DNA of 64,000 bases from the human T2T-CHM13v2.0 reference genome, Homo sapiens (GCF_009914755.1 NC_060932.1); one strand, 5' to 3'; numbered from the stretch's first letter, positions 1 to 12,699 are shown. Made by a program: numbers and translations. Notes: generated from the letters alone by a model not told the origin.

Positions 1-20
1 CAAATATAAAAAATGAATAA

Positions 21-186
21 CCAGGCAAGGTGGCTCATGCTGGTAATCCCAGCAACTTGGGAGGCTGAGGCAGGAAGATCACTTGAGCCCTGGATTAGAG
101 GCTGCAGTGTGCTATATTTGTGCCACTGCACTCCAGCTGGGGCAACACAGCAAGATCCTATCACTTAAAATAATAATAATATAAAA
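21..186 (+). mobile_element. Old Alu right arm/FRAM (AluJ-like)
   Basis: ggaggctgaggcaggaagatcacttgagccc...cactgcactccagc followed by an A-rich tail. Confidence 0.85.
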
Positions 187-191
187 AATTA

Positions 192-488
192 GGCTGGGAG
201 TGGTGGCTTACTGTGATCCCAGCACTCTGGGAGGCTGAGGCAGGCGGATTACCTAAGGTCAGGAGTTCAAGACTAGCCTGGCCAACATGGTGAAACCCCA
301 TCTCTACAAAATACAAAAATTAGCCAGGCGTGGTGGAACATGCCTGTAATCCCAGCTACTCAGGAGGCTAAGGCAGGAGAATCACTTGAACCCGGGAGGG
401 AGCAGTTGCAGTGAGCCAAAATCACACCACTGCACTCCAGCCTAGGCGACAGAGCAAGATTTCATCTCAAAAAAAAAAAAAAAAAAAT
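192..488 (+). mobile_element. AluS (Sx-like)
   Basis: Full dimer with poly(A) tail. Confidence 0.95.
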
Positions 489-2279
489 TAAAAATTAAAA
501 CTCGATGAAAAAAGTTCAACAAATGTGGTAACACAGCTAAGCAGCTGAAGCCAATATACCTGACTCAGCCCCCTTGTTCAGTGCCTGTCATTTGCTGGGC
601 ACTGTGCTGGGCACAAAGGGCCAAGAGGAATAACATAGAGTCCCAGTTCCCAATCCCCTTCAAGATGCCCCAGCTCACAGGTGAGGAACTATATGAGCAA
701 ACACATTTCCCTGCAAGACAGCTGTAATAACGGCTACCATCTACGAGACCCTTGTGCTGGCTGCTTTTCTTACATTATCTCAGTTAAGTCAGTATGGTCA
801 GTGCAAAAGAGAAGGACAGGTGGTGACTACAGTAGACCCCAGAATCTTCTGGTTTTCCCACCCACCGACCATTCCACTGAGCCATCCTGCATCCCCCAAG
901 GTCTCAGGAGAGAACAACTATAATGGAATGCCTGGGCACCCTTTTTACATTTCTACTCAAAAGGAAATTATTTAGATAGATAGACTAACTACAATGAAAT
1001 AGGCACACAGTGTTGTTACACACAGGACAAGTTTTTACAGAGGCAGAAGCCTTGACCAAAAATTCATGATTGGTTTTGAAAGAGGAAATGTCAACATCCC
1101 CCAGAAGCCGCGGGTGGGCGCTGTCTTGACGCCCTTCTTCCTGTTGTGCCCACGGCTGATCCTCCCCAGCTGGCTTCTGCGTAACTCCCACCACAGCTGG
1201 GGAAGTACTGACAGGCACTCTTCTTTATCCCAAACCAGGCTCCAACCAGGATCCCGCCACTGGAGGGACATACTTACTTTTGTTTTCCTAACTCTGTGCA
1301 CCTTCGCACTTCCTGACTTAGGGCAGTGAAGGAAGAGGAAACACCAAAAATATTACAAGACAAGCTTAGTTTGTGGCATTTCCAAGAGATGGGAGCTGAA
1401 GGGGCTGGCAGGGTGACCCCAGGCAGCAGACGCCCTCAGTCGCTTTGTAACTCAGCTCGTCGGTGGCCAAGAGAGCTCATGTGCCTCTCCAAAGTGCTTA
1501 AGGTCTCAAGAAACCGTCTGTTTCTGGGGAGGATCTGGGACAGGAGCCCATTTTCTCTAAATAACTGAGAGGACTTCAGAAATCTGGTATTAATTACCCC
1601 TCGCAGCAACGTGGCTACACAGCACATCATGGTGTGTTTCCTTTACTCTCAGAAGATGGGGCCACCAGTGCGCCAGGCCCTCCAGTTGCTTCTTCCCCTA
1701 AGGACTCAGACGGATCTGTCCTAATCGAACCACACACTCCCTCCTGACCTCTCCTGGGGCCAATGGCCTGCTCTGGGAACAGGGCTGGCTGAGGTTAGGG
1801 ACCTGGCTGCAGCTTTGGAACAAGGTTTTAGCCATACAAAAGGAACAACTGTAGGGATGCGTGCTGTGCTAGGAAATGGACTGGGGGCAGACTCTGAAGT
1901 CAGAGGACCCAGCTCACACCCTGCCCATCCCTTCCTGGGAGAGGACTTGGGGTACGAGGCGGGGAGCTGGTAGAGGGTTTGCATGGGTTGGTAAATTTAA
2001 TTTTTTTCAAGAGGCTGGGTGAGAAATTAGTGTCCCTGGGTTGAAAGTGAACAATCGGGCCGACAGCTGAAGAATGCACAGTGAAATAAATCCTCAACTC
2101 CAACTCTCCACGGAGGCCTGGCACAGAGAAGAGCTCTGACGAAGGAGTGACTGTGAGGACACAGTGGAGGCTGACTCCCACAAGTGCATCACTACAGCCA
2201 CGGTAAGATGTCCCTGACCCTCTCTTCCCCATGGGTTAGGAACCTCTCCCCAGAGCTCCCGTAACACCCTTCTTTCCCA

Positions 2280-2782
2280 GGCTGCAAAGATATCCTCATC
2301 CTAATCCCCAGGACCTGGGAACACATTAGGTTCCATGAGTTACATGGCAATGGAAAATGAAGGTTGCAGATGGAATCAAGGTTGCTAAGCTGTTGACCTT
2401 AAAATAGGGAGAGTAGCCTAGATTATACAGGTGGCCCAGTGGAATCACTTTAAGGGTCCTTCAAGGTGGAAGAAGATGCCAGAAGGGAGAATCAGAGAGA
2501 TGGAAGCTTGAGAAGGATTAAGACCAACACTGCCGGCTTTGGAGGTGGAAGAAGGAAACCACAAGCCAAGATATGCAAGTGGCCTCCTGATACTGGAAAA
2601 GACAAGGAAACAAATTCTTCCCAGCGCTGCCAGGAGTAACATCCTCTGCTAACACCTTGATTTCAGCCCAGTGAGATCCATTCTAGACTTCTGACCTCCA
2701 GAACTGTAAGATAGTAAACTTGTATGATGTAAACCACTAAGTTTGGAGTAATTTGTTACCGCAGCAATAAGAAACTAATACA
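2280..2782 (+). mobile_element. MLT1 (MLT1D-like) MaLR solo LTR
   Basis: ggttgcagatggaatcaaggttgcta...gacttctgacctccagaactgtaagata...gcagcaataagaaactaataca resembles the MLT1 consensus. Confidence 0.8.
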
Positions 2783-3189
2783 CTATCATTATGCTTACCC
2801 TAATGTAATGCAATTTTTATTTATATGTCTATCACCCCCATCAATAATAATAATAATAGCTAACATTTGTCGAATTTACCCTTACTGTGAGCACTTATTA
2901 TCTGGTAAGGCCAGCACCAAGTGTTTCATTCACATAAGATATTAAAAAAAAAAGGGTAACTTCAGTTGAACACACAATGAAGGTAAACACAGGGACTTAA
3001 GAGTAGGGGAGGGAGTTAAAAGCATCTTCGAGGAGATAAAGACACAGGTGCTTTTTAAAGATGAGTAGCAATTAGCCTGGGAGAGAGGAAGAGCATCCCC
3101 CGCAGGGGGAAGAACGTAAGCAGACACTCAGGGAAATGAAACACAGGGCATGTGCCGGCAAGCACTCTGGCAGCTCCACAGCAGGCTGG

Positions 3190-4458
3190 TAATAATGTCT
3201 CTAGCCTGTAAGTCTCCTCGGAGGTCCAGGCCTCCTGCCTGCCTGAAATCTCCACAGGATGCCTCCTAGACATCTCAAATTTAGGATGGCTGATACAGAA
3301 CTTGATTTTCTCCATGAGCATAATCCTCCTAGTCTTCCTGTCTCCCACAACAACGCCACCATACACCCAGCTGTTCAAGCCAGAACCCCAGGAGTCACCC
3401 TTGAGTCCTTTCCCTTGCCTCATTCCAATGTAATCTATCACCAGATCTCATCAATGCTATCTCCAAGATCTAAGTAGGCTCCTCCCACTTCTCTCTACCT
3501 CCATTGCTGCTGTCCAGTTCTAAGCCACCATCCTCTTTCCTCCTAAGTGGTCTTCCTGCTTCTACACTTTGCCCCCTATGATCCATCCACTTTTCATAAA
3601 AGCAGTCAAAGCAATCTCAAAAATGTCCATCAGGCTGGCCATGGTCGCTCACCTGAGGTCAGGAGTTTGAGACCATCCTGATCAACACGGCGAAACCCCG
3701 TCTCTACTAAAAATATAAAAATTAGCCAGGTGTGGTGGTGCATGCCTATCATCCCAGCTACTCAGGAGGCTGAGGCAGGAGAATCACCTGAACCCAGGAG
3801 GCAGAGGTTGCAGTGAGCTGAGATCATGCCACTGCACTCCAGACTGGGCAACAGACCTAGACTCTGTCAAAAAAAAAAAAAAAAGAGTCAATCAGATATC
3901 ACTGCTGAGCTTAAACTCACCAAAGCTTCCCTTTGTACTGGGTGGAGGGACTCTCCCCAGCATGGCTTAGAATCGGCTGTGTGATCTCGTCCCTGCTTCC
4001 CTCTCAAACCTCACCTTGCGCCATTCCCCCCATCTCTCCCTTACACTCTAGCCCTGCCTTCCCTCACTCCTTGGAATACACCAAGCTCTTTTGTGCATAG
4101 TCAACTTTGCACATTCCCATCCCTCTGCCTGGAAGGCCCTCCCCTGCAATCTCTCTGCCTGGCCAGTTCCTTCTCCATTTTCCAATCTCAGAAAGGCTTT
4201 CCCTTCCAAAACTAGGACCAACTTGTGCCACCAGCCCCTACTTTGGTCCCAGGTTTGTTTCCTTGATAACAAGGAATCACTCATCTGTTAGAGGTTGTTT
4301 CTTCTGCTTCTTCCTTGTTGCTCATCTCCTCCAGAGGAATGCAAGCTCCAGAAGGGCAGTGCCAGGTCTATTTCGTCCACCACTGTATCATCAGGACTCC
4401 ACACAGGGCTTAGCATGGCGCAGGTGCTCAATGCATGGTTGTTCAATTGATGAATTAA
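3190..4458 (+). mobile_element. L2 3' fragment interrupted by an Alu
   Basis: acatctcaaattt..cagaacttgatt and ccctctgcctggaa motifs; ends in an L2-type gtgctcaat...tgatgaatt tail. Confidence 0.7.
3633..3883 (+). mobile_element. AluS with a ~45-bp left-arm deletion
   Basis: gctcac joins directly to ctgaggtcaggag; degenerate TSD aaaatgtccatca/aagagtcaatca. Confidence 0.9.
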
Positions 4459-6339
4459 AAGAGAAAGTGTGAGGCTGACATTGAAAGATGAGGCTGGAAA
4501 TAGAAGGCCTTGAGAACAGGGTCCTATTCATCTTTGCAGGACTGGCACCTCCCACAGGGAAGCCACTTAGCAAATGTTTCACTGGATGCATGAAAGAAAA
4601 ACTCGATTCCAGATAAATCTGAGATGTGCTGTCCTTTCTGGGCAAGGCTCCCCAAGAAGTTTCCGCTCCTCCTTAGGACTTCTTAGGAGGTAACATGTCT
4701 AGGGCATACAGCAAGTGCTTAATAAATGGGGTGACTGTTACTATTGCTCACGTGGGGATCACTCATGCAGTCTCCTAGAAAAGACCTTCCGGAGCCCATG
4801 CCAGATACAGCAGTGGTTGGGTGAAAAAACGGCAGGGAAAAATGAGAACCGAGCAGCAGGATCCAAATACGGCTGAGACCTAGGTGGGGAAATGGCAGGA
4901 ACAACACTGTCCTAGCTAACTGGGGTTCCCTTCTTTCCTCTAGACTTCAGTCACCTAGGTGCAGCATGGAGATGCCAGCTGGGACGTGAGTCTTCACAAG
5001 GGAGGGCTCAATCTGAATGCACACATTCATCTTTGGGCCTGCCAGGCTTGCACTGATTTTGAAAATCTGGCTCGCTGTGGCTGGTGAGGACTGGGGAGGT
5101 GTAGAGAATTTCAATTTCCCTCACCAAATGGCAAGCTTGCGAAAAGTCCTTTCTCTCCAACATTATCACATACTAAAAATGAAAAACCAGCCATTCAGAG
5201 CTCTCATGAGAAAAATAGATGGGCTGCTTAGCTCACAAGAAACAGGAGGGCTGAAAATCAAGTCTAGAGAACATCAGAGGGTACATTATGTGCTAAGATA
5301 CTGCCCTTTTTTGGACCTGGGAGTTTCTATTTTGCACAAAAGAATGGGATAGGGAAAGTAATTCCCCGTATAATAAGCCACTCATTTTATACTTCAAATC
5401 CATTTGGTAGCTGAATCTCCAAATCCACTTAGTGGCGTTAGGTGATTTTTGTTTTTTTTAACTCCCTATCTCAAAATATGCAGTTTGAAATAAGTGCATA
5501 TCTCAAAAATAGCAGCATTAACAGGACAGAAGAGAAGGCACTAAAGTGGTGAAGGCTGTGACGCAAAGAAGACGTTTCCAAATCTGTTTCATGGCTAACA
5601 GATCAAAATCTAACACAGAAGGGGCATGGGACTGAGCCTGAAGAAGTGGAAACTACTCCTGGCCATGTGATCTTGGGCAAGTCAGGTCACCTTTCTGGGC
5701 CTTCTCTGAAGGGGGTGAATCAGTTGTTCTCAAAGATCTTTTTCTTTCCAAACTGTTCACTGGGTGTTTCCAGAAGACCCGCATTTTCTTAAAGCTATCT
5801 GGCCGCGCTACAATTGCAAAACAGAAAGGCTTTGGGATGAAGGTTGCAATACAGATAACCCTGGCCTAAAAACTGATAAGCTTTTACAATCCCAAAACAT
5901 TACTCAGCAATCCAGGTCCTGATGTCATCCCAGAATCAATCACGCCAAGATAACCTAACAGAGTAGACAGGGGAAAATGCGAGAGAAAGTTCTTTTGCTT
6001 TCCTGACGAGTACAGGTAAAGTTGAGGTCAAGTTAACGATGATGGTCTGCAGTTGACCATCCTTCTCCCTGAGCTACTGGAAAACCACATTATTAAAGGA
6101 AACTGCTTTAGAAGTGCCCAAGATGAACCTCTTGGGATGTATCAAACCGCAGAAAACCGGACACCGGCAAGTTTCTTTTTTCTTTGAAACTTCATGTCGC
6201 TCTCAGAAAACGCAGCAGGTCCCAAAATGGTACAAGCAGAAAACACAAGCCACTTCACGGTCCGCCCAGGAGCCAACCCCAAGCTCCAAGTAGGACTCCC
6301 CCCACCCCCTTCCCTTTCGTTTCTCTTCTTTTGCTTTAG

Positions 6340-7420
6340 GCAAGTGGCCTGGGGCCTGCCAAGCAGCGCCGGGTCCGGGTAGGGGCCGGGGGCCGCGGGG
6401 AACTTTCCTCGGCTGCACCAGAGACAATGCCGGGAGGGCGCCCCATCGGCGGGGTCCGGGCCGCCAAGCACGTCGTCCCGGGCCCTCCCCCGGAGGGGGA
6501 CGCGAAACCCCCCAGGGCGGGCCCCGTCCCCGGCCCCACTGCAGGGGCCCCCTCTCCCGAGCTGGAGGCGAGGAGACCTCCCCCCCACACCGGGCGGCCT
6601 CGCCCGGCCCCGCAGAGCCTGGCCGCGCGTCCCGCACACGCCCCAGCCCAGGGCCGGCGCCCTCCCCGCGGAGAAGGACACCCCGCTGCGAGAGGAGCCG
6701 GGAGCCCGCCCCGCGCCCCGTCCCGGCGCCCTTCTTCGCGCGAGAGACTGGGCAGGGGGCGCCCGCGACTGTGGGCGACTCCGCCCGGCCCCGCCGAGCG
6801 CGCCCGAGCGCCCCGCAACTCACCGGGACCTGGCGGGCCGCTGGGCATTATTCCATCGCGGGTTCGGCCGGGCGCTCGCGGCTCTCGGGTGGGAAAGCGA
6901 ACTGCGACCGGGAAGCGCCGGCTGGGCGGGAGGCGCGGGCCCGGGGCTGCCCAGCGCACAGTGCTCGCCCGCGGCAGCGGCCAGGCCAGGCGAGGCGCGG
7001 GAGCCGAGCGCGGCGCAGGAAGGGGCGGGCGACCATGTGCCGAGGGGGAGGAGGCCGCGGCGACGCGAGCGGCTCGCACGATCCCGCTCGGCGGCGGAGG
7101 GCGCGGGTTTCAGGAAATCCAAACACTTCGACAGGAAATCGGAATCCTGACTAAGCATTCCCGGCCCCGAGCCGCTCCGCGCCGGGGGCTCCCGCCTCGC
7201 TTAACCCTTGGCCCGCCGGCAGCCACGAGGGGGGCGTGGGAGGGGCCCCAGACCTCGGCCGGGGTCGGGCGTCCTTCGCCTTCCGCCCCATGCCCCGGCC
7301 GGCCGGCCTCCTCCCCGCCTGAGGTGGAAGGGGTGGGATTTATCCACAGAAAACCCTGGACGCGGAAGGTGCCTTTCTAAGGCCGGGACAGCGGCAAAGG
7401 ACGTGCCTGTCTTCCATCTG
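6340..7420. promoter_or_regulatory. CpG island promoter
   Basis: Very high GC and CpG density in a CpG-depleted background; GC boxes (ggggcggg 7022), ETS cores (caggaa 7111, 7133), ARE-like TGACTAAGCA 7148-7157. Confidence 0.95.
6824..7080 (-). other. Probable first exon of a minus-strand gene (5' boundary/TSS uncertain, gene not identified)
   Basis: Consensus donor CCG|GTGAGT (actcac at 6818-6823 on +) inside the CpG island, with ATG codons just upstream. Confidence 0.7.
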
Positions 7421-7579
7421 CAGAGGATGGACCTGCACTGTCCTGGCCGTTACCCCTATTTTCAGTAAAGGAATGATTTCACCAGGCTGCCCCCTTTCAC
7501 CACTTCCTCTCTGCTCTTATAATTTTATTTTTGCCCAGTGCCAAGGGAACAGGACCTTCCCAGTCAGGATAGTATAGGA

Positions 7580-7812
7580 ACAGTATGGAGAGTAATTGTG
7601 TGGGCTGCAGGCTCTGTGTCCGGTTGGAATATGGCCTTTTTTCTACTCATGTTACCTTGAGTAACTCGCTCAACTTTCCTGAGCCTCAGTTTCCATTTAT
7701 GAAATGGATGTTAATTCCACCCTCATAGGTTTGATCTGGAAGCTGAATGTTTAGACAGGGACTGGCACATTGGAAACGCCCAAATAAATGATAGCCATGC
7801 TTGTCCTTATTA
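7580..7812 (+). mobile_element. MIR
   Basis: Core ctttcctgagcctcagtttcc...atgaaatgg. Confidence 0.7.
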
Positions 7813-9055
7813 TTACCATTAAAAGACATCAGAGAAAGGAGGATTTTAATTTGTGGGATGTATATTGTGCATATCTATGTCTACTTTCAAAGTCAGAGAC
7901 AGTAGTCTTTCTTTAGAACTTAATTTCCCTCCTAATCATTGGGTGATTGTTTTTCTTTGCAGCATTTCAGAAACGGCTCTCTGCAGAGGAAATGGTTAGT
8001 GGCTGTGGCAGACCCCCTTCTGGTGAAATCCGAAACAGAAAACCTCACAAAATTTGGGATTTTGCTCCTAATCTGAGAGTCTGGGTGTAGTGGGGAGTGG
8101 GGGTTGTTAAACAGTCTGGAGCGGATTTACAAAGTTTGGGAAAACCAAAATCAATCTCTGACTGGGCAGAGAGGTCGGGCAGCCAATGAGTGATTCATTG
8201 TGGTTTCCCACGGAAATGCCACATTTCGGGGGTGTCTACCTGGAGGATGCAGCTTGGTGGTTTTGCTGTAAGTGTTTCAGATTCCTTTGAAACCCAATCA
8301 GACTTTGAAGAGGGAACAACATGCTCATGAGCGAAAACAGAAGCCTGAAATGAACCTGCTGGGAACTGAAAGTTGGGTACCAGCTCGTTTACTCCAAGTA
8401 AGGAACAGATACCAGTTTTAGACCCAGCATTGTTCCTTTTCTGCAATTCTCTCTCCGTGGCCAGAAGCAGTAGGACAGCTCTGAGCTGGGCACCAGGAGT
8501 CCCAGGGTCCTGCTCCAGGCCCACTGTAGCTGCCGTCCCCTCTGCCTGGAAGAACCCTTGTATGGCTGTTCTTGGCACGCAGCTCACAGCCCAGAAGTCA
8601 GCTCCGCAGATAGGTTTTCCCCAACCATGTGATCTGCTTGTCTCTGGCACCTACACCCCACCTCCACCTCTCCCAAACATAGCGCATCCTGTTTGATTGC
8701 TTCATAGCCCTTGTCACTGTTTAATGTAGCCTACATGATTGGTTGCTTATTTTTTATCTGCCCCCCACTCTCCCCACTGCATGGGTAAACTGCATTACAG
8801 CAGTACCTTTGCCTGTTTCCTTAGAACAGTGCTGGCCCATATGAGACCATCGATAAACACGTGTTGAATAAATGAAAGAAGCAAACAAACTAGAGTTGCA
8901 GATGGGACCTCTGCCTGAGGTAGGGTGGTTCACTCGGTCCCGCAGCTCCCTGTGGCTTCCTCTTTGGTGGAGAGATTCAAAAGGGAACGCCCAGTGCGGT
9001 GGAAGGAGCACCAGATGGCTCTATTAGTGCTTCTGGAAAACTAAAACTATAAGTA

Positions 9056-9492
<437 letters not shown>

Positions 9493-10620
9493 TCACTAGA
9501 TGACTGTTCTCCTAAATCAGATGGAGGAAAGGAGTCCACATTTGTTGACCACTTGCTCTGAGTGGGTCCCTGAGCAAGGTGAACTTGAATTCATTTTAAG
9601 GCATCGGTTAAGTGCCTGTAATGTGCTAAAAAAATCTGGGCCCTACATGTGCAATGATGAAAAAGAACTATTCTTGCTAAGAAAGACAGGAAAGCTCTAT
9701 CTAGTAAGCAGAGAGATAAGTACTCTTATAGAGTCATGTCCAGGGTATCCAGGGCTATTCAGAACATTGAAGGTGGAGTAGGGTGGAGATAAGTTGGAAA
9801 ATGCTTCCAAGAAGTGGGTGCTCTTGAACGAACTTTCAAGGAGGAGATGGGACCTATGTAGCTAGATAAGGGGGCACAGGCCTGCCAACCAGAGTAACAA
9901 GCGTGAGTGTTAGTGATGCTCGGCTCCATGTCCCCTGGGCCCACCTCTGAGCTCACCGGCAGCTGCAATGAGCTGCCCTCTGTACAGAGAAACTGTCTAT
10001 CCAAAGCAGGCCCCCTTTCTCCTCTCTACCAGGAGGCTTTCTCAAGGGCTGTGGGATCTTGCCTAGCCTGGAAGTTTCCAACAGCCCTGGGTCAGTCCTT
10101 AACCAAACAGTGGATGAATGTGTCAGCCTCCCCTTCCCTAAGGAAGATCAATTCTCAAATGCTCTCAAGGCAGTTCCTCAGAGGAATTCCCCAGTAGGAA
10201 TGAGTCCAGTTGCCCCCAGCAGTCACTCCCTCATTAAGTCACTCTTTGATTTTGCCTCTTCTCCCTTCCTTGCCTTACTTTCTCACTTCCTTATTTGTTC
10301 TTGGGATCCCAAATAAAGTAACTGCACCCATCTCCTTGTCTCAAGGTATACTTCTGGGGAAACCCAATCCAGAGTAGTGTTCATGCATATATTCACAGAT
10401 ACTGGCTGGGCACTCCCAAGTGCCTGAGTAAAGACTGAGCATGAACACATAATATATGTGGGTGACTCTACCAGGTTCAGCATGATCTGAGAACATGATG
10501 CATGTTCAGACATGGAAAACAATGAGACTAAAAAGCCTTACACCATCTTGCAGTTGAGGAAACTGAGGCACAGGAGTGTTGAGTAACTTGCCCAAGGCCA
10601 ACCACTAGTGAGTAGAGGAG

Positions 10621-10869
10621 TGTATTAGTCCATTTTCAGGCTTCTGATAAAGACATACGTGAGACTGGGAAATTTACAAAAGAAAGACATTTAATTGGAC
10701 TTACAGTTCCACGCAGCTGGGGAAGCCTTACAATCACAGCAGAAGACAAGGAGGAGCAAGTCATGTCTTACGTGGATGGCAGCAGGCAAAGAGAGAGAGA
10801 GTTTGTGCAGGGGAATGCATATGGGAATTCAAGATGAAATTTGGGTGGGGACACAGCCAAACCATATCA
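10621..10869 (-). mobile_element. THE1 solo LTR, internally deleted, inserted in a MIR
   Basis: tgtattagtcc...gggacacagccaaaccatatca termini; perfect 5-bp TSD AGGAG (10616-10620, 10870-10874); only 249 bp. Confidence 0.9.
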
Positions 10870-11539
10870 AGGAGCATTGGAGTCCAGGCTCTTCACCACC
10901 CTGCACTGTCTTTCTTGCCAGTTCAAGCTGTTGGGAGAGTGAATAATGAGAAGAAGAGAACCAGAGGAGAACCAGGGGGCATGGGAAGAAATTGCTTTTA
11001 CAAGGAAGGAATGAGCAACATTCACAAATGTCACAGGAAATTTCATCAAGAAAGGACCAGAAAGCAAGTGTTCATTTCATTTGACAATGAGAAGGCTGAT
11101 AACTTTTACCAGAGCTGTCTCGATGGAGTGGAGGGATTGGAAGCCAGATTGCGGTGGGTTGAGGACGGAGTGGGAGACAGTAAGCGTGGACAACTCTTTT
11201 CAGAAATGTAGCTGTCTAGCAAGTGGGAGGTAAGGGTAGAGGCTTCTTTAAAAATGTGTGGGCAGGCAAGCATCTGGGTTGGTAGGTGAGGTTGAGAGGA
11301 AGGGATGGTTCATTGATAGAACAGGTACTGAGGATGAGAGGAGATGGGAACTAGAGTGGGTTGGGGGCACGAACCCTGGACTGGAAGAGGCCACCTTGTC
11401 TGCTGAAGGAGAGGGCCGAAGGGCAAGGTGCAGAACTCTAAAGTTCCACCATGAACATCCTGAAGTCACAGACCAGGAGCTAGGTGGGTATCTTGAGTTT
11501 AGACCCCTGAGTTTAATTCCTTATGAAAATCATGCTCTG

Positions 11540-11854
11540 GGCTAGGCAAGGTGGCTCATGCCTGTAATCCCAACACTTTGGGAGACCCAAAGCAAGGGAA
11601 TCATTTGAGCCCTGGAGTTTGAGACCAGCCTGGGCAAAATGGCAAGACCCCATCTCTACAAAAAAATTTAAAATTAGCCAGACATAGTAGTATGTGCTTC
11701 TAGTTCCAGCAACTTGGGAAGCTGAGGTGGGAGGATCCCTTGAGGTGGGAGGATCGCTTGAGCCTGGAGGTCAAGGCCTGCTGTGAGCCATGATTGCATC
11801 AGTGCACTCCAGCCTTAGCAACAGAGCGAGGCCCTATCTCAAAAGAAAAAAAAA
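11540..11854 (+). mobile_element. AluJ with an 18-bp internal tandem duplication
   Basis: J-type ttgagccc; tgaggtgggaggatc(c/g)ct twice at 11723-11758; TSD atgctctg. Confidence 0.9.
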
Positions 11855-12346
11855 TGCTCTGGATGATCAAACGTAGATGAATAAAAAGTGACTTCAGCCT
11901 AATGACTGGAAAAGAGATGCATGAGAAGCTATTTTGTCCCAAGTAAGTTAGTGAAGTAGGAAGGCAAGGATGAGCAGGAGAGACTTGGGAGATTCAACAA
12001 ACACAGCTTGTTGGCTGGTGGTGGGGCACACACAAGGAGGGGACAATGGTGCTCACCTGTAAGGAGGAGGAGGGTGGTATTTTTAACCATGACAAAGAGT
12101 GAGGGATAGGAAGGTTTTGAGGAGGAAGATAATGAGTTCCTGTTTGTGCTTTCTGCAGAGAAGGGAGTAGGTGGTGGGTAAGAATGCGAGGCTTTGCTAG
12201 GCTGGGGAGGGGGCTGGGCTTGAGTGGGGGTGGGCAGGAGGGAGGCAGAGGGACCTGCTCAGTTGGTGAGTGGGGGAGTTAGCATCTGAAAAGATAGCAC
12301 CCTTCACTAGCTTCTCACAGTCTTGCGTCATCTGGATTTTTCTAGT

Positions 12347-12628
12347 GCACGGTTTCTCATTCTTGGCAATATTAACATGTTGGACCGGATGATTCCTTGT
12401 TGTAGCCGGCTTCTGGCGCTTTGTAAGAGTAGCCGGCTTCTGGCGCTTTGTTAGAGTAGCTGGCTTCTGGCGCTTTGTAAGATGTTCAACAGCAGCCTCC
12501 CCTCGGGGAGGTTCGGCTTCTACCCACTGGATGCCAGCAGCAACCCTCCAGTTGGGAAAACCAAACACATCTCCAGGCATTGCAAAATGTTCCCTGGAAA
12601 GCAAAATTGCCCCCAGTTGAGACCTCTG
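12347..12628 (-). mobile_element. MER20 hAT DNA transposon
   Basis: Reverse complement resembles MER20 (tctcaactgggggcaattttg...ctggcatccagtgggtaga...gagaaacc). Confidence 0.8.
12402..12482. repeat. 27-bp tandem repeat x3
   Basis: gtagccggcttctggcgctttgtaaga x3; copies 2 and 3 each carry one mismatch. Confidence 0.95.
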
Positions 12629-12699
12629 TTCTCTCAGCTTTTCCTTACATCACTTGAAAATTGTTGATTAAAAGGTGAGCCGTTTGATAACCTTTTTTA

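Noticed and set aside
6824-7080. Assigning a gene symbol to the CpG-island exon
   Set aside because: Too little coding sequence to recognise; a BLAT search would settle it
6142-7468. Long overlapping ORFs (317, 247, 206 and 179 aa)
   Set aside because: Low-complexity Pro/Arg/Gly/Ala translations in several frames on both strands are what a stop-poor CpG island produces; no recognisable domain
12197-12604. 135-aa ORF containing LTKRQKPAT x3
   Set aside because: Product of the 27-bp triplication inside MER20
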